NCBI GenBank assembly: GCA_965213925.1 | Contig: OZ243927.1 | Coordinates: forward strand, 96,001 to 160,000 | Length of the DNA: 64,000 nt | From: Trueperaceae bacterium | GTDB lineage: Bacteria > Deinococcota > Deinococci > Deinococcales > Trueperaceae | Direction: 5' to 3' | Part shown: in pieces, positions 28,741 to 38,371 of the stretch | How positions within the stretch are numbered: the first letter of the stretch is position 1 | Layout of the letters: each line of letters opens with the position of its first letter | The notes under the pieces: generated by a model | Databases searched by the model: none | What the model was told of the DNA's origin: nothing | Seen by the model: only the letters and a program-made list of their open reading frames with translations | Made by a program: the position numbers and the translations under genes

Positions 28741-28774
28741 AGACTCACCGTTCGTCCCCGAAAGGGGATTGCTC
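28741..28774. repeat. GCAATGAG/CTCATTGC repeat remnant, copy E (with hairpin insertion)
   Basis: AGACTCA[CCGTTCGTCCCCGAAAGGGGA]TTGCTC. Confidence 0.65.
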
Positions 28775-28829
28775 GTTCCTCATCGCTCTTCGTTCATCAC
28801 AACACTATTCGACTTCGCGAACCCGAGTT

Positions 28830-29438
28830 TTATTTTTTATACGCCCACACCGCGTAGAGCGGGTCGCCCTGCTCGGGCTGGTGGTGTTGGCTATACGTCG
28901 AGCCGAACGCGGGCGTTTGCCCGAAGTAGCTCCGCACGAGCCGCACGTGCGAGGCGTCGTCGCCTGCGCGCCACGCGAGCACGGCTTTGGTCGGGAACAT
29001 GCGGTTGGAGAAGGTCACGATAAAGGGCGCGCCGGGCTTTAAGCTGTGGGCGACCTCAGCGAAGGTGTCGTCGGGGCGGGTCATGTACTGCACGCTCACC
29101 GTGCACACCGCGCCGTCAAAACGCTCGCTCTCAAAAGGAAGCGTCTCTGAGCGGTTGAGGTCGAAGACGAGAGGTTCGCTGACTAAAGGGTTGTTCGACA
29201 ACTCTTCTATGTTGAGACCTAAGCCCGTCACCGCCGCGAATTTGTCCGGCAGGTGCGAGACGTGGCTCGCCATGAGGTCTAAGACGCGACCGCCGGCGGG
29301 CAAAAGCTCATCATAGAGGTTATAAGCCGCACCTCTCGCCGCCTCGTCGATGTGCGTGACAAAGCGCGGATGCTGGTAGAAGTAACTGTCGGGACGCTCG
29401 TCCTGACGGCGAAAAAATTCAGGAAGAAGCTTGCTCAT
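28830..29438 (-). CDS. SAM-dependent methyltransferase (type 11-like)
   Basis: D..FY..PRFVTHID, VLDLM.S..SHLP, VSVQY..RP, FSNRMFPTKAV. Confidence 0.9.
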   Translation of the reverse strand: MSKLLPEFFRRQDERPDSYFYQHPRFVTHIDEAARGAAYNLYDELLPAGGRVLDLMASHVSHLPDKFAAVTGLGLNIEELSNNPLVSEPLVFDLNRSETLPFESERFDGAVCTVSVQYMTRPDDTFAEVAHSLKPGAPFIVTFSNRMFPTKAVLAWRAGDDASHVRLVRSYFGQTPAFGSTYSQHHQPEQGDPLYAVWAYKK

Positions 29439-29703
29439 GACCCTAGCCTGACCCTTTACGAGGCGATTAGCAGCAAGCCACCTCACGATTCTAAAGGTTG
29501 AACGTTAAGGTAAAGGAAGAGTGAGAAAATGCATAGGAGATGCCGTCGCTGCTGAATCTCGCACTAGTCCTCGCGCTGAGCACCGCCCTGAGTTGAGACG
29601 TCAGCCGCTGAGGTTTAGCTGACGAGCGCTCGAGGTGGGTGGTGCGAATAAAGCGCCGCGAAATACCCCTTAGGAATGGAGACCGGCACCGCAAAAATAC
29701 CGC

Positions 29704-30597
29704 TCAGCTTGCCTCGCTTAGTCCCGGCGCCGCGCCCCACGCGAGCTTAGTGCGCAAGATATCGAAGTAGTTGTGCTTGCCCGACGACACGAGAAAGAAG
29801 TCGGTGGGCGCGGCCGCCACGGTGAAGCGGTCGCCCTCTTGCAGCTCTAAGCGCTCCTGACCGTCCACCACGAGCGCCACCTCGTTGAGGGGACCTTGCA
29901 CGCAAAAGGAGACGCGCGAAGACCCCTCTAAAACCATCGGGCGGTTCGTGAGCGAGTGCGGCGCAATCGGCGTGATGACAAAGGCGCGCAGACCCTGCGC
30001 CAAGATGGGACCGCCCAGCGAGAGCGAGTACGCAGTCGAACCTACAGGCGTCGAGATGACGAGCCCGTCGGCTCGGTACTGCGAGGCGTGAAAGTTGTCG
30101 ACTGCCATGTCGATGCTGACAAGGCGCGTCATCACACCCTGCGAGATGATAACGTCATTGAGGGCGTAGCGCGTCGCCTCTTCCGACCTGCCGTTGAGTT
30201 GGAGGGCGACCTCGAGCATCATCTTGGGGTCTAAGCGCCAGCCCTCTTCGGAGGTGTCGCCGCTCAGGTACGCCCACAAATCCTCGGCGCTATGCTCCGC
30301 CAAAAAGCCCAGCTTGCCCAAGTTCACGCCCATCGTCGGCACAGCCGCGCCGACGAGACGCCGCGCTGTCGAGAGGAGCGTGCCGTCGCCACCGATGGAG
30401 ATGATGAGGTCGGCGTGGGCGGCGTCTTCGGCTAAGTGGAGCGTACCCTCGGTATCTTCGGTGACCTCCGCGCCCAGCGAGCGCAGTTTTCTCGCCGCCT
30501 CTGCAACGAGCTCGTGCGCCTGCGGTTTGTACTTCGAACTCGTGATGACCACGCGCTCTAGCGCGGCGGCAGGCGTGGCGAACGACTCCGAGTTCAC
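29704..30597 (-). CDS. nadK: NAD+ kinase
   Basis: GGDGT, GVNLGKLGFL, ALND, DGLVISTPVGSTAYSLS.GG. Confidence 0.96.
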   Translation of the reverse strand: MNSESFATPAAALERVVITSSKYKPQAHELVAEAARKLRSLGAEVTEDTEGTLHLAEDAAHADLIISIGGDGTLLSTARRLVGAAVPTMGVNLGKLGFLAEHSAEDLWAYLSGDTSEEGWRLDPKMMLEVALQLNGRSEEATRYALNDVIISQGVMTRLVSIDMAVDNFHASQYRADGLVISTPVGSTAYSLSLGGPILAQGLRAFVITPIAPHSLTNRPMVLEGSSRVSFCVQGPLNEVALVVDGQERLELQEGDRFTVAAAPTDFFLVSSGKHNYFDILRTKLAWGAAPGLSEAS

Positions 30598-31277
30598 GCA
30601 CGCACCTTGCTTAGAACGGTCTCGACGACGCCCTCGAGCGTCAAATCCTGCGTCTCGATGTGAATAGCGCCGGGCGCGGGCGCAAGTTGCTTCGCGTCGC
30701 GCTCGTCGCGCAGCTTCAACGCTCGGGCAACCTCTTGCAAGCTCATATCGCGCTCGCCCACGCGCCGCGCCGCCCGCACCTCAGCCGGGGCGCTCAGGTA
30801 GAACTTATGCGCCGCATTCGGAAACACGACCCTGCCCATGTCGCGCCCTTCGATCACGAACGAGCCGCGAATCTCCCTGAGCCGCGCGTTGACCCACGCG
30901 CGCACGCCAGGGTGACGAGCGACGGCGGAGACGTTCGCATCTACCGACGTGGTGTGAAGCCGCGCGGAGACGTCCTCGCCGTCGAATAGAACACGGTCGG
31001 GCGCACCTCGGCGGGCGATAAGTTCGACGTCGTGTCGGCCTAAAAAGGCGAGCACGGCGGCTTCGTCTTCTGGGTTGACGTTATGCTCCAGGACTATATA
31101 GGTTGCGGCGCGGTAAAGGAGACCGCTCGAGACAAAGGGCACGTCCAGCGCCTGCGCCACGCGCCGCGCCACGCTCGACTTGCCCGAGGCAGCAGGACCG
31201 TCTAAGGTCACAATCAACCTGCTGCTCTTTTGGTCATCCTCACCGTCCACGCGCCTCACTTCACCAAGTACGTCCAT
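30594..31277 (-). CDS. cmk: Cytidylate kinase
   Basis: DGPAASGKS, SG.LYRA, EGRDMG.VVFP; leaderless TATAAT-N7-ATG at 31277. Confidence 0.95.
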   Translation of the reverse strand: MDVLGEVRRVDGEDDQKSSRLIVTLDGPAASGKSSVARRVAQALDVPFVSSGLLYRAATYIVLEHNVNPEDEAAVLAFLGRHDVELIARRGAPDRVLFDGEDVSARLHTTSVDANVSAVARHPGVRAWVNARLREIRGSFVIEGRDMGRVVFPNAAHKFYLSAPAEVRAARRVGERDMSLQEVARALKLRDERDAKQLAPAPGAIHIETQDLTLEGVVETVLSKVRA

Positions 31278-31365
31278 AAAGTGCATTATAACCCGTCACT
31301 CCGCGCGCGCTAAGCGCGTCACCTCTTGCATAGGGACGATTTTTAGGATAGCTGCGACGTCGGCT

Positions 31366-32649
31366 TCATAGTGCCGCGAGCACCTCGAAAAACTCAGGGA
31401 ACGTTTTGCGCACGCAGCTCGGGTCTCGAATGACGATGCCCGGCACCTTCAAGCCGATCAGCGCAAACGCCATCGCCATGCGGTGGTCGTCGTAGGTGTC
31501 GATCTCTACGCGCGAAGAGGGAAAGGTCTCGAGTGGATGGACGACGATGTAATCTTCGCCCTCTTCCACCTCCGCGCCCAGCTTGCTCAGCTCGGTATAG
31601 AGCGCTCGCAGCCGGTCAGTTTCCTTGATGCGCAAGTTCCAGATGTTCGTGATGCGCACCGGGCTGTTCGCGAAAAGCGCGACGACGGCGAGCGTCTGCG
31701 CCTGGTCGCTCATGTCGTTGAGGTCGAAGGTGCCACCCTTCAACGTTCCTTCGGGCGCGGCGACTTCGCAACGCTCATCGGTCCAGGTCACAGCGCAGCC
31801 CATCTCGCCCAAAACGTCAGCCAAGCGCTTATCGCCTTGCGACGAGCGCTTGCCTACATTCTCAACCCGCACGCGCCCTCCAGTGATCGCCGCCGCCGCC
31901 CAAAAGTACCCTGCCGCCATCGCGTCCCCTTCGACGCGGTAGGTCTGCGGCTGGTATGTCTGTGGCATGACGGTGAAGCGCTCGTAGCCCTCGCGCTCGA
32001 CCTCCACGCCGAACTCTTTCATGAGGTCCAAAGTCATGTCGATAAAGGGTTTAGAAGTCAGCTCGCCCTCGACATGTAACGTCACGGCGTCCTCTGCGCA
32101 AGGCGCAGCCATGAGGAGCGCGGAGAGGTACTGGGACGAACTGCTCCCCGCAATCCGCGTCTCGCCGCCTGAGAGCCCCGCCGCCTCGACGATGACAGGC
32201 GGACACCCCGTCTCGAACTGCGTGCCCACGGTTGCGCCAAGCGGCTCTAGCGCGTTGAGCAAATCCTGAATCGGACGCTGCCGCATCCGCGCGTTGCCGT
32301 CTAAGCGGTAGTGACCTCTTCCAAGCGCGACTAAAGCGGTGAGAAAGCGAATCGACGTACCGGAAAGCTTCAAATCTAGCTCTGCCGAGGCGTTAGGTAT
32401 TTCGCCGCCGCGCCCATGCACCGTGAAGGTCGCGCCGTCCACCTCGACGCCGAAGCCGAGCGCGCGGAGCGCCCTGAGCATCACCTCGGCGTCCTCCGCG
32501 ACGAGCCCGCCTTCTAAAACAGAGGTGCCGTCCGCTAGCGCCGCGACGACCAAAGCGCGGTTGGTGAGACTTTTGGAACCGGGGACGGAAAGCGTAGCGT
32601 CAATGCCGAGTGTAGGAGAAATCTCGAGCACGTCAGGGTAGCGCATCAC
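31366..32649 (-). CDS. aroA: 3-phosphoshikimate 1-carboxyvinyltransferase (EPSP synthase)
   Basis: PGSKSLTNR, SSQYLSALL, RIKETDRL, YDDHRMAM, KTFPEF. Confidence 0.97.
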   Translation of the reverse strand: MMRYPDVLEISPTLGIDATLSVPGSKSLTNRALVVAALADGTSVLEGGLVAEDAEVMLRALRALGFGVEVDGATFTVHGRGGEIPNASAELDLKLSGTSIRFLTALVALGRGHYRLDGNARMRQRPIQDLLNALEPLGATVGTQFETGCPPVIVEAAGLSGGETRIAGSSSSQYLSALLMAAPCAEDAVTLHVEGELTSKPFIDMTLDLMKEFGVEVEREGYERFTVMPQTYQPQTYRVEGDAMAAGYFWAAAAITGGRVRVENVGKRSSQGDKRLADVLGEMGCAVTWTDERCEVAAPEGTLKGGTFDLNDMSDQAQTLAVVALFANSPVRITNIWNLRIKETDRLRALYTELSKLGAEVEEGEDYIVVHPLETFPSSRVEIDTYDDHRMAMAFALIGLKVPGIVIRDPSCVRKTFPEFFEVLAAL

Positions 32650-33042
32650 GCGCCAAGATACCACGAACGTTAGTGTTACAAGCTAAGCCGTGAAACCTCG
32701 TATAGAGCAGCTATACGCTCTAAGCTGCACCGACCACTTTCATGAGAAGAAGGTGTTCACACAGCCTTAATTCTGCCGTTTAGCGCTTTTTTTCGTACCT
32801 CAGCACACAAAGTTACGAGGGGAGTTACGCTCTTATGGTGAGGACAAAAGCGAGCATATAGCTAATGAGAAACAACCTCGCGCAGGGCTGGTCAGAGCGA
32901 CGCTCACCACGCTTTTGAGCCGTATGCGTTGAGCAAGGGGGGATAAGAACAGGCCGACTCAACAACACACCGAACTTCACTATGAACTGCATAGCGTACT
33001 GTCACGCGGCGCACAGCGCCACAATCCAGAAAGGAAGGCTCC

Positions 33043-36000
33043 ATGTCACCCCAGCCACGACCCAACTTGCAACGTTTCCACCTCATACCCCTTCTCCTTA
33101 CCCTGCTCCTCTTTACCGCCTGTGGCGACTTGGAGGGCTCCGCCATCACCCAGCCCGACGACAACGTCAGCGAGGACTCGGCTGTTCCAACCGGTGACTT
33201 CGGCGTGAGCGAGACCTTCGGCGGTCCCTACCTCAGCGACGCGGACGGCGCGATTACCGACGCCAGCGACGCGCGTGTTGTTTCTGTTGCGCCTGGGGGC
33301 TCGTTCTTCGTCCAGGTGGACTACGAAGACCCTAGTGGGATTACTACTATCGCGGTGAATTTGGTCAACAGCAGCCCCGAAGGTTTAGCGGGAACTTTAG
33401 ACCCGACGCAGAGCTTCTTTACCTTAGGCGAGCCCACAGGTATTAGTGAGCCCAGCGGCTGCGACCTCTCGGCTAATCCCACGAGCGTCACCTGTATCTA
33501 TGAAGTCCGGGTAGCTGAGGATGCGGTGAACATCTCTGAGCTTGAAGGTGCAGGCGACGAGTTTGCCTATGTGTTCCGTACGCAAGTCACGGATGCTGCT
33601 GGCAACACCTCAGATGAGGCGGAGCGGGGCTATGTGGTGGTTACGGGTGGTGATGGGGAGCCTGAACCTACACCCGAGCCGGAGACCTGCACGAACCCGG
33701 TAGAGATTCCTGACGAGTTACTGAGAAAAGTCCTTCGTGAAAACCTTCGACTCGGAGAAGATGCCACCATCACCTGCGAAGACTTGGCAAACCTAATTGA
33801 TTTCAGTTTCGAAGCGAACGACGGCGAGAACCGAGTTATGAGCTTTGAAGGCTTGCAGTACGCAGTCAACCTGAGAACGTTCACCGTTCCTACCCTGTTC
33901 GTTGAACCCGAACAACTCGAGCCACTTCGAAACCTTACTCGTCTCGAAGTGCTCACCACAGCGTTTGTTTTTAGGGAAGGCGATAACACGCCCACTTTCT
34001 TAGAAAATCTAACGAACTTAAAAGAGCTTTCGGTAAGATCAATAGCGGTCCTTGATCCCGAACCGGCTGTTAAACCCGAATTAAATATAAGCCCGCTGCA
34101 AAACCTTACGAAGCTTACCAATCTCCGCCTTTCCTTCTTTGATATCAACGACCTTAGTCCGCTGCAAAACCTCACAAGCCTTACTAGGCTAAACCTCACC
34201 TTTGATGATATTAGTGATATTACTCCTTTAGTCAACAACGAGGGGCTAAGCGAAGGGGACACGGTCAACCTCCGCGGCAATTCCCTCGAGACTTGTCCCG
34301 ACACTGAAGACCGCGCAGATATCAACGCGCTTATCGCTCGCGGTGTTGATGTTCTCTTCGACGAACCCGAGAACTGCGACGCGGATGGCGGAGATGGAGG
34401 CGACGGCTTCATCAGAGTCACCACCACCTCGGGCGCAGCCTCTTTAGAGGACGAATGTACCCTGCGAGCGGCGATTACGGCTGCGAATGCCGACGAAGCC
34501 GTGGGCGGTTGCCCGGCAGGAAGTGGCGCAGATGCGATTGTTTTGAGCGAAGGCGACCCCTACCTCCTCACCGAAGTCGACAACGAGACCGAGGGTGAAA
34601 ACGGTCTGCCCGCGATCACTAGCGAGATTGAACTGCTCGGCACCACGGGCGCTGAAATTATAAGAGCTGAAGGCACACCCGGCTTCCGTATCCTCTACGT
34701 TGCCGAGGGGGGCAACTTGAGCGTCGTCGAGGTTGTTATCTCGGGCGGCTCGAACTCGGCTAACTCTCCGTTCGGCGGCGGCATCTTCAACGCGGGCACG
34801 CTGACGTTAGAGAACGACACTGCCCTTAGAAACAATACAGGCATCGTAGGCGTTGGTCTCTACAACCGAGGTGAAGCCACCGTCCGCAACAGCCTCATCA
34901 CCGAGAATGAGGGGTCCAACGGCGCTGGCTTCTACAACGCGGGCACGCTCACGATGATCTCCAGTGAAGTGACCTCGAACAGCGACGGTGACGCCACAGG
35001 GTTTTACAATGAGGGCACGCTTACTATAGAGGCGAGCCGCATCGAGAATAACGAGACTTCAGCCACGGCAGGCGCGTTCATCAACGCGCCAGAGGGCGTC
35101 ATCGAGATGACCAGAGTGGACATCATCGGCAACTCGGACGACGGCAGCACTGTTATCAATAGAGGCGAGATGACCCTCACCGAGGTCGTTTACGATGGCA
35201 ACAGCGACGGCGTCAACAACTTCGAGGGGGGCACCCTAAACCTCATAGACAGCACTGTGAGCAACACAGGTCTGTCCTACGGACCAGGTCTTACGAACTC
35301 CGGTACGCTGCGCGTCGAGAACAGCACCTTTACGGGGAACCCCTTGGGCGGCATCGCGAATGCGGATAGCGGCACGGCGGAGATTACTAATAGCGTAGTG
35401 CAGGGTAATGGCACCGACGACGATAAAGGCGTCGGTATCAGCAACACCGGCACACTTACCTTGAGCGAGAGCACCGTGAGTAACCACACTGGCGGTGGCA
35501 TCTTGAACGTCGGTTTAATGGAGATTGACGCGAGCACAATTGAGGACAACGGTCCTTTCGTTGACGGTATTGTCAACACGGAGGAAGGTACTCTCACACT
35601 GACGCGGAGCCTCATCGACGGCAACGGCTCATATGGTGTCAGAAACGGCGGCGGGATGACCTTTACCAATAACACCGTGCTCAACAACTTCACGGGCGGC
35701 GTCAAAAACTTGGCAACGGGCGAACTCGAGGTCGCGTTTAGCAGCATCTTCGGCTTTGGGTCAGGTTTCATTACGAGCATCAGCAACGAGGCGGACGCAG
35801 CGTCGGTCACGGTCTTAGGCACTTTTCTTGACACCGAATTTGATTTCGGTTGTGGACCCAACGACGCGCTCACCTCTAGGGGCTATAACTACTACAATAG
35901 TGATGAGGTTTGTAGCTTCACGCAAGAAACCGATATCGTCGGCGAGGCGTTCCCGTTCGGTCTTTTGCAAGATAATGGCGGTCCTACCCTTACGCGGGCG

Positions 36001-36129
36001 TTGGAAGCGGACAGCGTTGCGGTCGATTACATCCCCGCTGATGTCTGTAACGTTGACACCGACCAGCGCGGCGTCTCGCGTCCGCAAGGCGAAGCGTGCG
36101 ACATCGGGGCGTTTGAGTTAGAGCAGTGA
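33043..36129 (+). CDS. Large lipoprotein: LRR region, CSLREA-like motif, beta-helix repeats, choice-of-anchor-Q-like C-terminus
   Basis: Lipobox LFTAC; ISPLQNLTKLTNLRL LRRs; CTLRAAI; repeated GG.I.N.GTL; LQDNGGPT..DQRG..RP.G..CDIGAFE. Confidence 0.85.
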   Translation: MSPQPRPNLQRFHLIPLLLTLLLFTACGDLEGSAITQPDDNVSEDSAVPTGDFGVSETFGGPYLSDADGAITDASDARVVSVAPGGSFFVQVDYEDPSGITTIAVNLVNSSPEGLAGTLDPTQSFFTLGEPTGISEPSGCDLSANPTSVTCIYEVRVAEDAVNISELEGAGDEFAYVFRTQVTDAAGNTSDEAERGYVVVTGGDGEPEPTPEPETCTNPVEIPDELLRKVLRENLRLGEDATITCEDLANLIDFSFEANDGENRVMSFEGLQYAVNLRTFTVPTLFVEPEQLEPLRNLTRLEVLTTAFVFREGDNTPTFLENLTNLKELSVRSIAVLDPEPAVKPELNISPLQNLTKLTNLRLSFFDINDLSPLQNLTSLTRLNLTFDDISDITPLVNNEGLSEGDTVNLRGNSLETCPDTEDRADINALIARGVDVLFDEPENCDADGGDGGDGFIRVTTTSGAASLEDECTLRAAITAANADEAVGGCPAGSGADAIVLSEGDPYLLTEVDNETEGENGLPAITSEIELLGTTGAEIIRAEGTPGFRILYVAEGGNLSVVEVVISGGSNSANSPFGGGIFNAGTLTLENDTALRNNTGIVGVGLYNRGEATVRNSLITENEGSNGAGFYNAGTLTMISSEVTSNSDGDATGFYNEGTLTIEASRIENNETSATAGAFINAPEGVIEMTRVDIIGNSDDGSTVINRGEMTLTEVVYDGNSDGVNNFEGGTLNLIDSTVSNTGLSYGPGLTNSGTLRVENSTFTGNPLGGIANADSGTAEITNSVVQGNGTDDDKGVGISNTGTLTLSESTVSNHTGGGILNVGLMEIDASTIEDNGPFVDGIVNTEEGTLTLTRSLIDGNGSYGVRNGGGMTFTNNTVLNNFTGGVKNLATGELEVAFSSIFGFGSGFITSISNEADAASVTVLGTFLDTEFDFGCGPNDALTSRGYNYYNSDEVCSFTQETDIVGEAFPFGLLQDNGGPTLTRALEADSVAVDYIPADVCNVDTDQRGVSRPQGEACDIGAFELEQ

Positions 36130-36159
36130 CGCTTTAGGCTAAATCTTCAACCGTCAGTT

Positions 36160-36187
36160 AGGAGGCTGCCCCGAGAGGCAGCCTCCT
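36160..36187. terminator. Stem-loop after lipoprotein gene
   Basis: AGGAGGCTGCC-N6-GGCAGCCTCCT perfect 11-bp stem. Confidence 0.65.
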
Positions 36188-36239
36188 TAATGCACTCCCC
36201 TTGACGCCCCCTTGAACCGTACCGCTTTATAGTAGAGAC

Positions 36240-36674
36240 ATGAGCGTACCCGACCCACTCCAGACCATCGTCAGTAACTTCAGCAGCGCCCCCAAACAAC
36301 TCCGGCTCCAGATGCTCTTGGAGTATTCCAAAAAAGTCCCGCCCCTCCCGGCTGAGCTAGAAGACAGCCGCGACCAGATGGAAAAGGTCCACGAGTGCCA
36401 AACCCCCTTTTTCATCGCCACCGAGTTCCCGGACGATGAGCGCGTCGTCTTCCACTTCGACGCGCCGCCCGAAGCGCCCACCACAAGAGGCTTCGCGGGC
36501 ATCTTGTCCGAAGGGCTGAGCGGCTTAGCGCCCGAGCAGATTTTAGAGACGCCCGACGACTTCTATCTGCAGATGAAACTCGGCGAGGTTATTTCGCCCT
36601 TGAGATTGCGCGGTATGAGCGCAATTATGGGGAGACTCAAAAGGCAAGTCAGCGAGCACGTCCAGGCGGCGTAG
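36240..36674 (+). CDS. sufE: SufE family Fe-S sulfur transfer protein
   Basis: VHECQTP, PEAPTTRGFA, ISPLRLRG. Confidence 0.9.
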   Translation: MSVPDPLQTIVSNFSSAPKQLRLQMLLEYSKKVPPLPAELEDSRDQMEKVHECQTPFFIATEFPDDERVVFHFDAPPEAPTTRGFAGILSEGLSGLAPEQILETPDDFYLQMKLGEVISPLRLRGMSAIMGRLKRQVSEHVQAA

Positions 36675-36683
36675 AGTCCCAAC

Positions 36684-37415
36684 CTAATTTGTGGGTGCTA
36701 GAGATTTCTCGAGCCTACCCGCAAACCCCGCCACCTTCTCTTCGGCGTCCCCGACGAGCGGCGCACCGTGCCCCAGACCTAGCGTTTGGGGCTTTAACAT
36801 GGCGACCTTCTGAACCGAACGCTTCGCCTCGTCCATATCGGGTGTATAGGCTCCTAAGGGAAGATGCAGCCAGGGCAAGAGGTGCATCATCACGTCACCA
36901 CCGAGTAGAACGCGCTCTTCGGGGAGCCAGTAGCCGACCTGTCCGGGGCTGTGACCGGGCAGATGAATGGCAAGCAGATTTTTACGCACCGCGCTCAAGA
37001 TGTCGCCCTCTTCGAGTTCGTTGTGAACGGGAGCAGGCGGTTGCCTCGAGCCTACAAACGCGCCGATAAGTCCGCCTATAGTTTTGTCGAATAGGCTGAG
37101 TTTTGACCTATCCGGATAGGGCGGCAGCTCACCTCTTAGGATGTGCGGCGTGTCTAGGCGGTGCGCCCACACCTCCGCGTTCGTCGCGGTTTGCAGCTCT
37201 TTAAGCCCGCCGACGTGGTCGACATGCGCGTGCGTCACGAGGATGTGTTTAATGTCTTTAAGTGCAAAACCGCTTTTTAGCAACACTTTTTTGAGCTTGT
37301 CTTTGACGCCGTAAACACCAGCGTCCACGAGCGCGAGACCCTCTTTGCCCTCGAGCAAAAACACGTTCGCCTTGCCTGTGTCGATTTGGTAAATGCCTTT
37401 CGCCAGCCTTTTCAC
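36684..37415 (-). CDS. Metallo-beta-lactamase fold hydrolase
   Basis: THAHVDH, PGHSPG, GGD, GHG. Confidence 0.92.
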   Translation of the reverse strand: MKRLAKGIYQIDTGKANVFLLEGKEGLALVDAGVYGVKDKLKKVLLKSGFALKDIKHILVTHAHVDHVGGLKELQTATNAEVWAHRLDTPHILRGELPPYPDRSKLSLFDKTIGGLIGAFVGSRQPPAPVHNELEEGDILSAVRKNLLAIHLPGHSPGQVGYWLPEERVLLGGDVMMHLLPWLHLPLGAYTPDMDEAKRSVQKVAMLKPQTLGLGHGAPLVGDAEEKVAGFAGRLEKSLAPTN

Positions 37416-37447
37416 GGCGCAGATGCCTTCATAAATGCACTTTACTC

Positions 37448-37849
37448 CTAAGTCTCTGCGAGTTCGCGTAAATTTACCATCACCTCGGGTAAGACCTTCT
37501 GAAAGCGTCGCCCTAAAAGAAAGCCGAACAGCGGCGCAAGCGTTCCTGTAAAACTGACCTCATGGGTGAAGGCTGTTCTGGTCTTTGAAAAATAACGGCG
37601 CACGTGAAGTTTAGCAAGCGGTAAATTCGTTGTAAAAGTATAGTCTTGCTCAGGGATGAGTTCGGTGACGGTGAAGCTCGTTTTTGGTCCGGTCCTAGGC
37701 GTCAGCGTTCCCTTTGCGCCGAGCTTGAATTCGCTGTTTAGAGTTGCGCTTTCAATCTCTGTGTCCCATTCGTGCCACGTTTCGACCTCGAGCCAACGCC
37801 GCCACACCTCTTCGGGCGCGTTCGTTTCTAGCGTATGAGAAAAGGTCAT
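37448..37849 (-). CDS. SRPBCC/polyketide cyclase-like protein
   Basis: PEEVW..W..VETWHEWD pattern, 133 aa. Confidence 0.75.
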   Translation of the reverse strand: MTFSHTLETNAPEEVWRRWLEVETWHEWDTEIESATLNSEFKLGAKGTLTPRTGPKTSFTVTELIPEQDYTFTTNLPLAKLHVRRYFSKTRTAFTHEVSFTGTLAPLFGFLLGRRFQKVLPEVMVNLRELAET

Positions 37850-37871
37850 CTCGACGCCCTCCGCCAACCTT

Positions 37872-38294
37872 TCATAGTGTGCCGAATAGGTAGCGAAAAG
37901 GCAGGGCAAAGAGCAGAGCAATAACCCAAACTATGAACAAAATGGTCAGGAAGATAAGCCCTACCTCTCTATTTCCACTCGCTAGAGCGGGTAGAGCCGC
38001 TGCCGCCAACCACGCTGTCTTATAAAACAGTTGAATCAGCAGGATCACGCTGAATTTTAGGGGTTGGGAGAGCCCGAGTGTCGAAGCGAGACCGAGCGCC
38101 AGCCACAACGCGCCGAGGATGCGGAGGTAGACGTCGACCTCGGTTCCGCCCGCGAAGATGTACTGCGACGCCAAACGGGGCGCGAAGAGGGTTGTTAAGC
38201 CAACTGCGCCAGCGCCTAAAATAGCGACGGCGTACATGACGCGCATCAGGGAGAGCGAAGAGGTAGAGAGGCTAAGATCAGCAGCGTTTAACAT
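37872..38294 (-). CDS. Hypothetical 4-TM membrane protein
   Basis: Four hydrophobic segments, QLFYK..W motif; AAAGGA RBS. Confidence 0.7.
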   Translation of the reverse strand: MLNAADLSLSTSSLSLMRVMYAVAILGAGAVGLTTLFAPRLASQYIFAGGTEVDVYLRILGALWLALGLASTLGLSQPLKFSVILLIQLFYKTAWLAAAALPALASGNREVGLIFLTILFIVWVIALLFALPFRYLFGTL

Positions 38295-38371
38295 GGTTTA
38301 TCCTTTCGTTCGTCTTTCAAGTGCGTCAACACGGATTTCGATTGGACGTTTAGGTAAGAGGTTGGCTCGAG

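Noticed and set aside
11634..28774. GCAATGAG repeats as CRISPR or IS ends
   Set aside because: Dispersed, no repeat-spacer periodicity and no transposase between copies
29540..29596. 18-aa hydrophobic sORF MPSLLNLALVLALSTALS (type I toxin-like?) followed by a weak hairpin
   Set aside because: AGGAG abuts the ATG with no spacing, no charged tail, no other support
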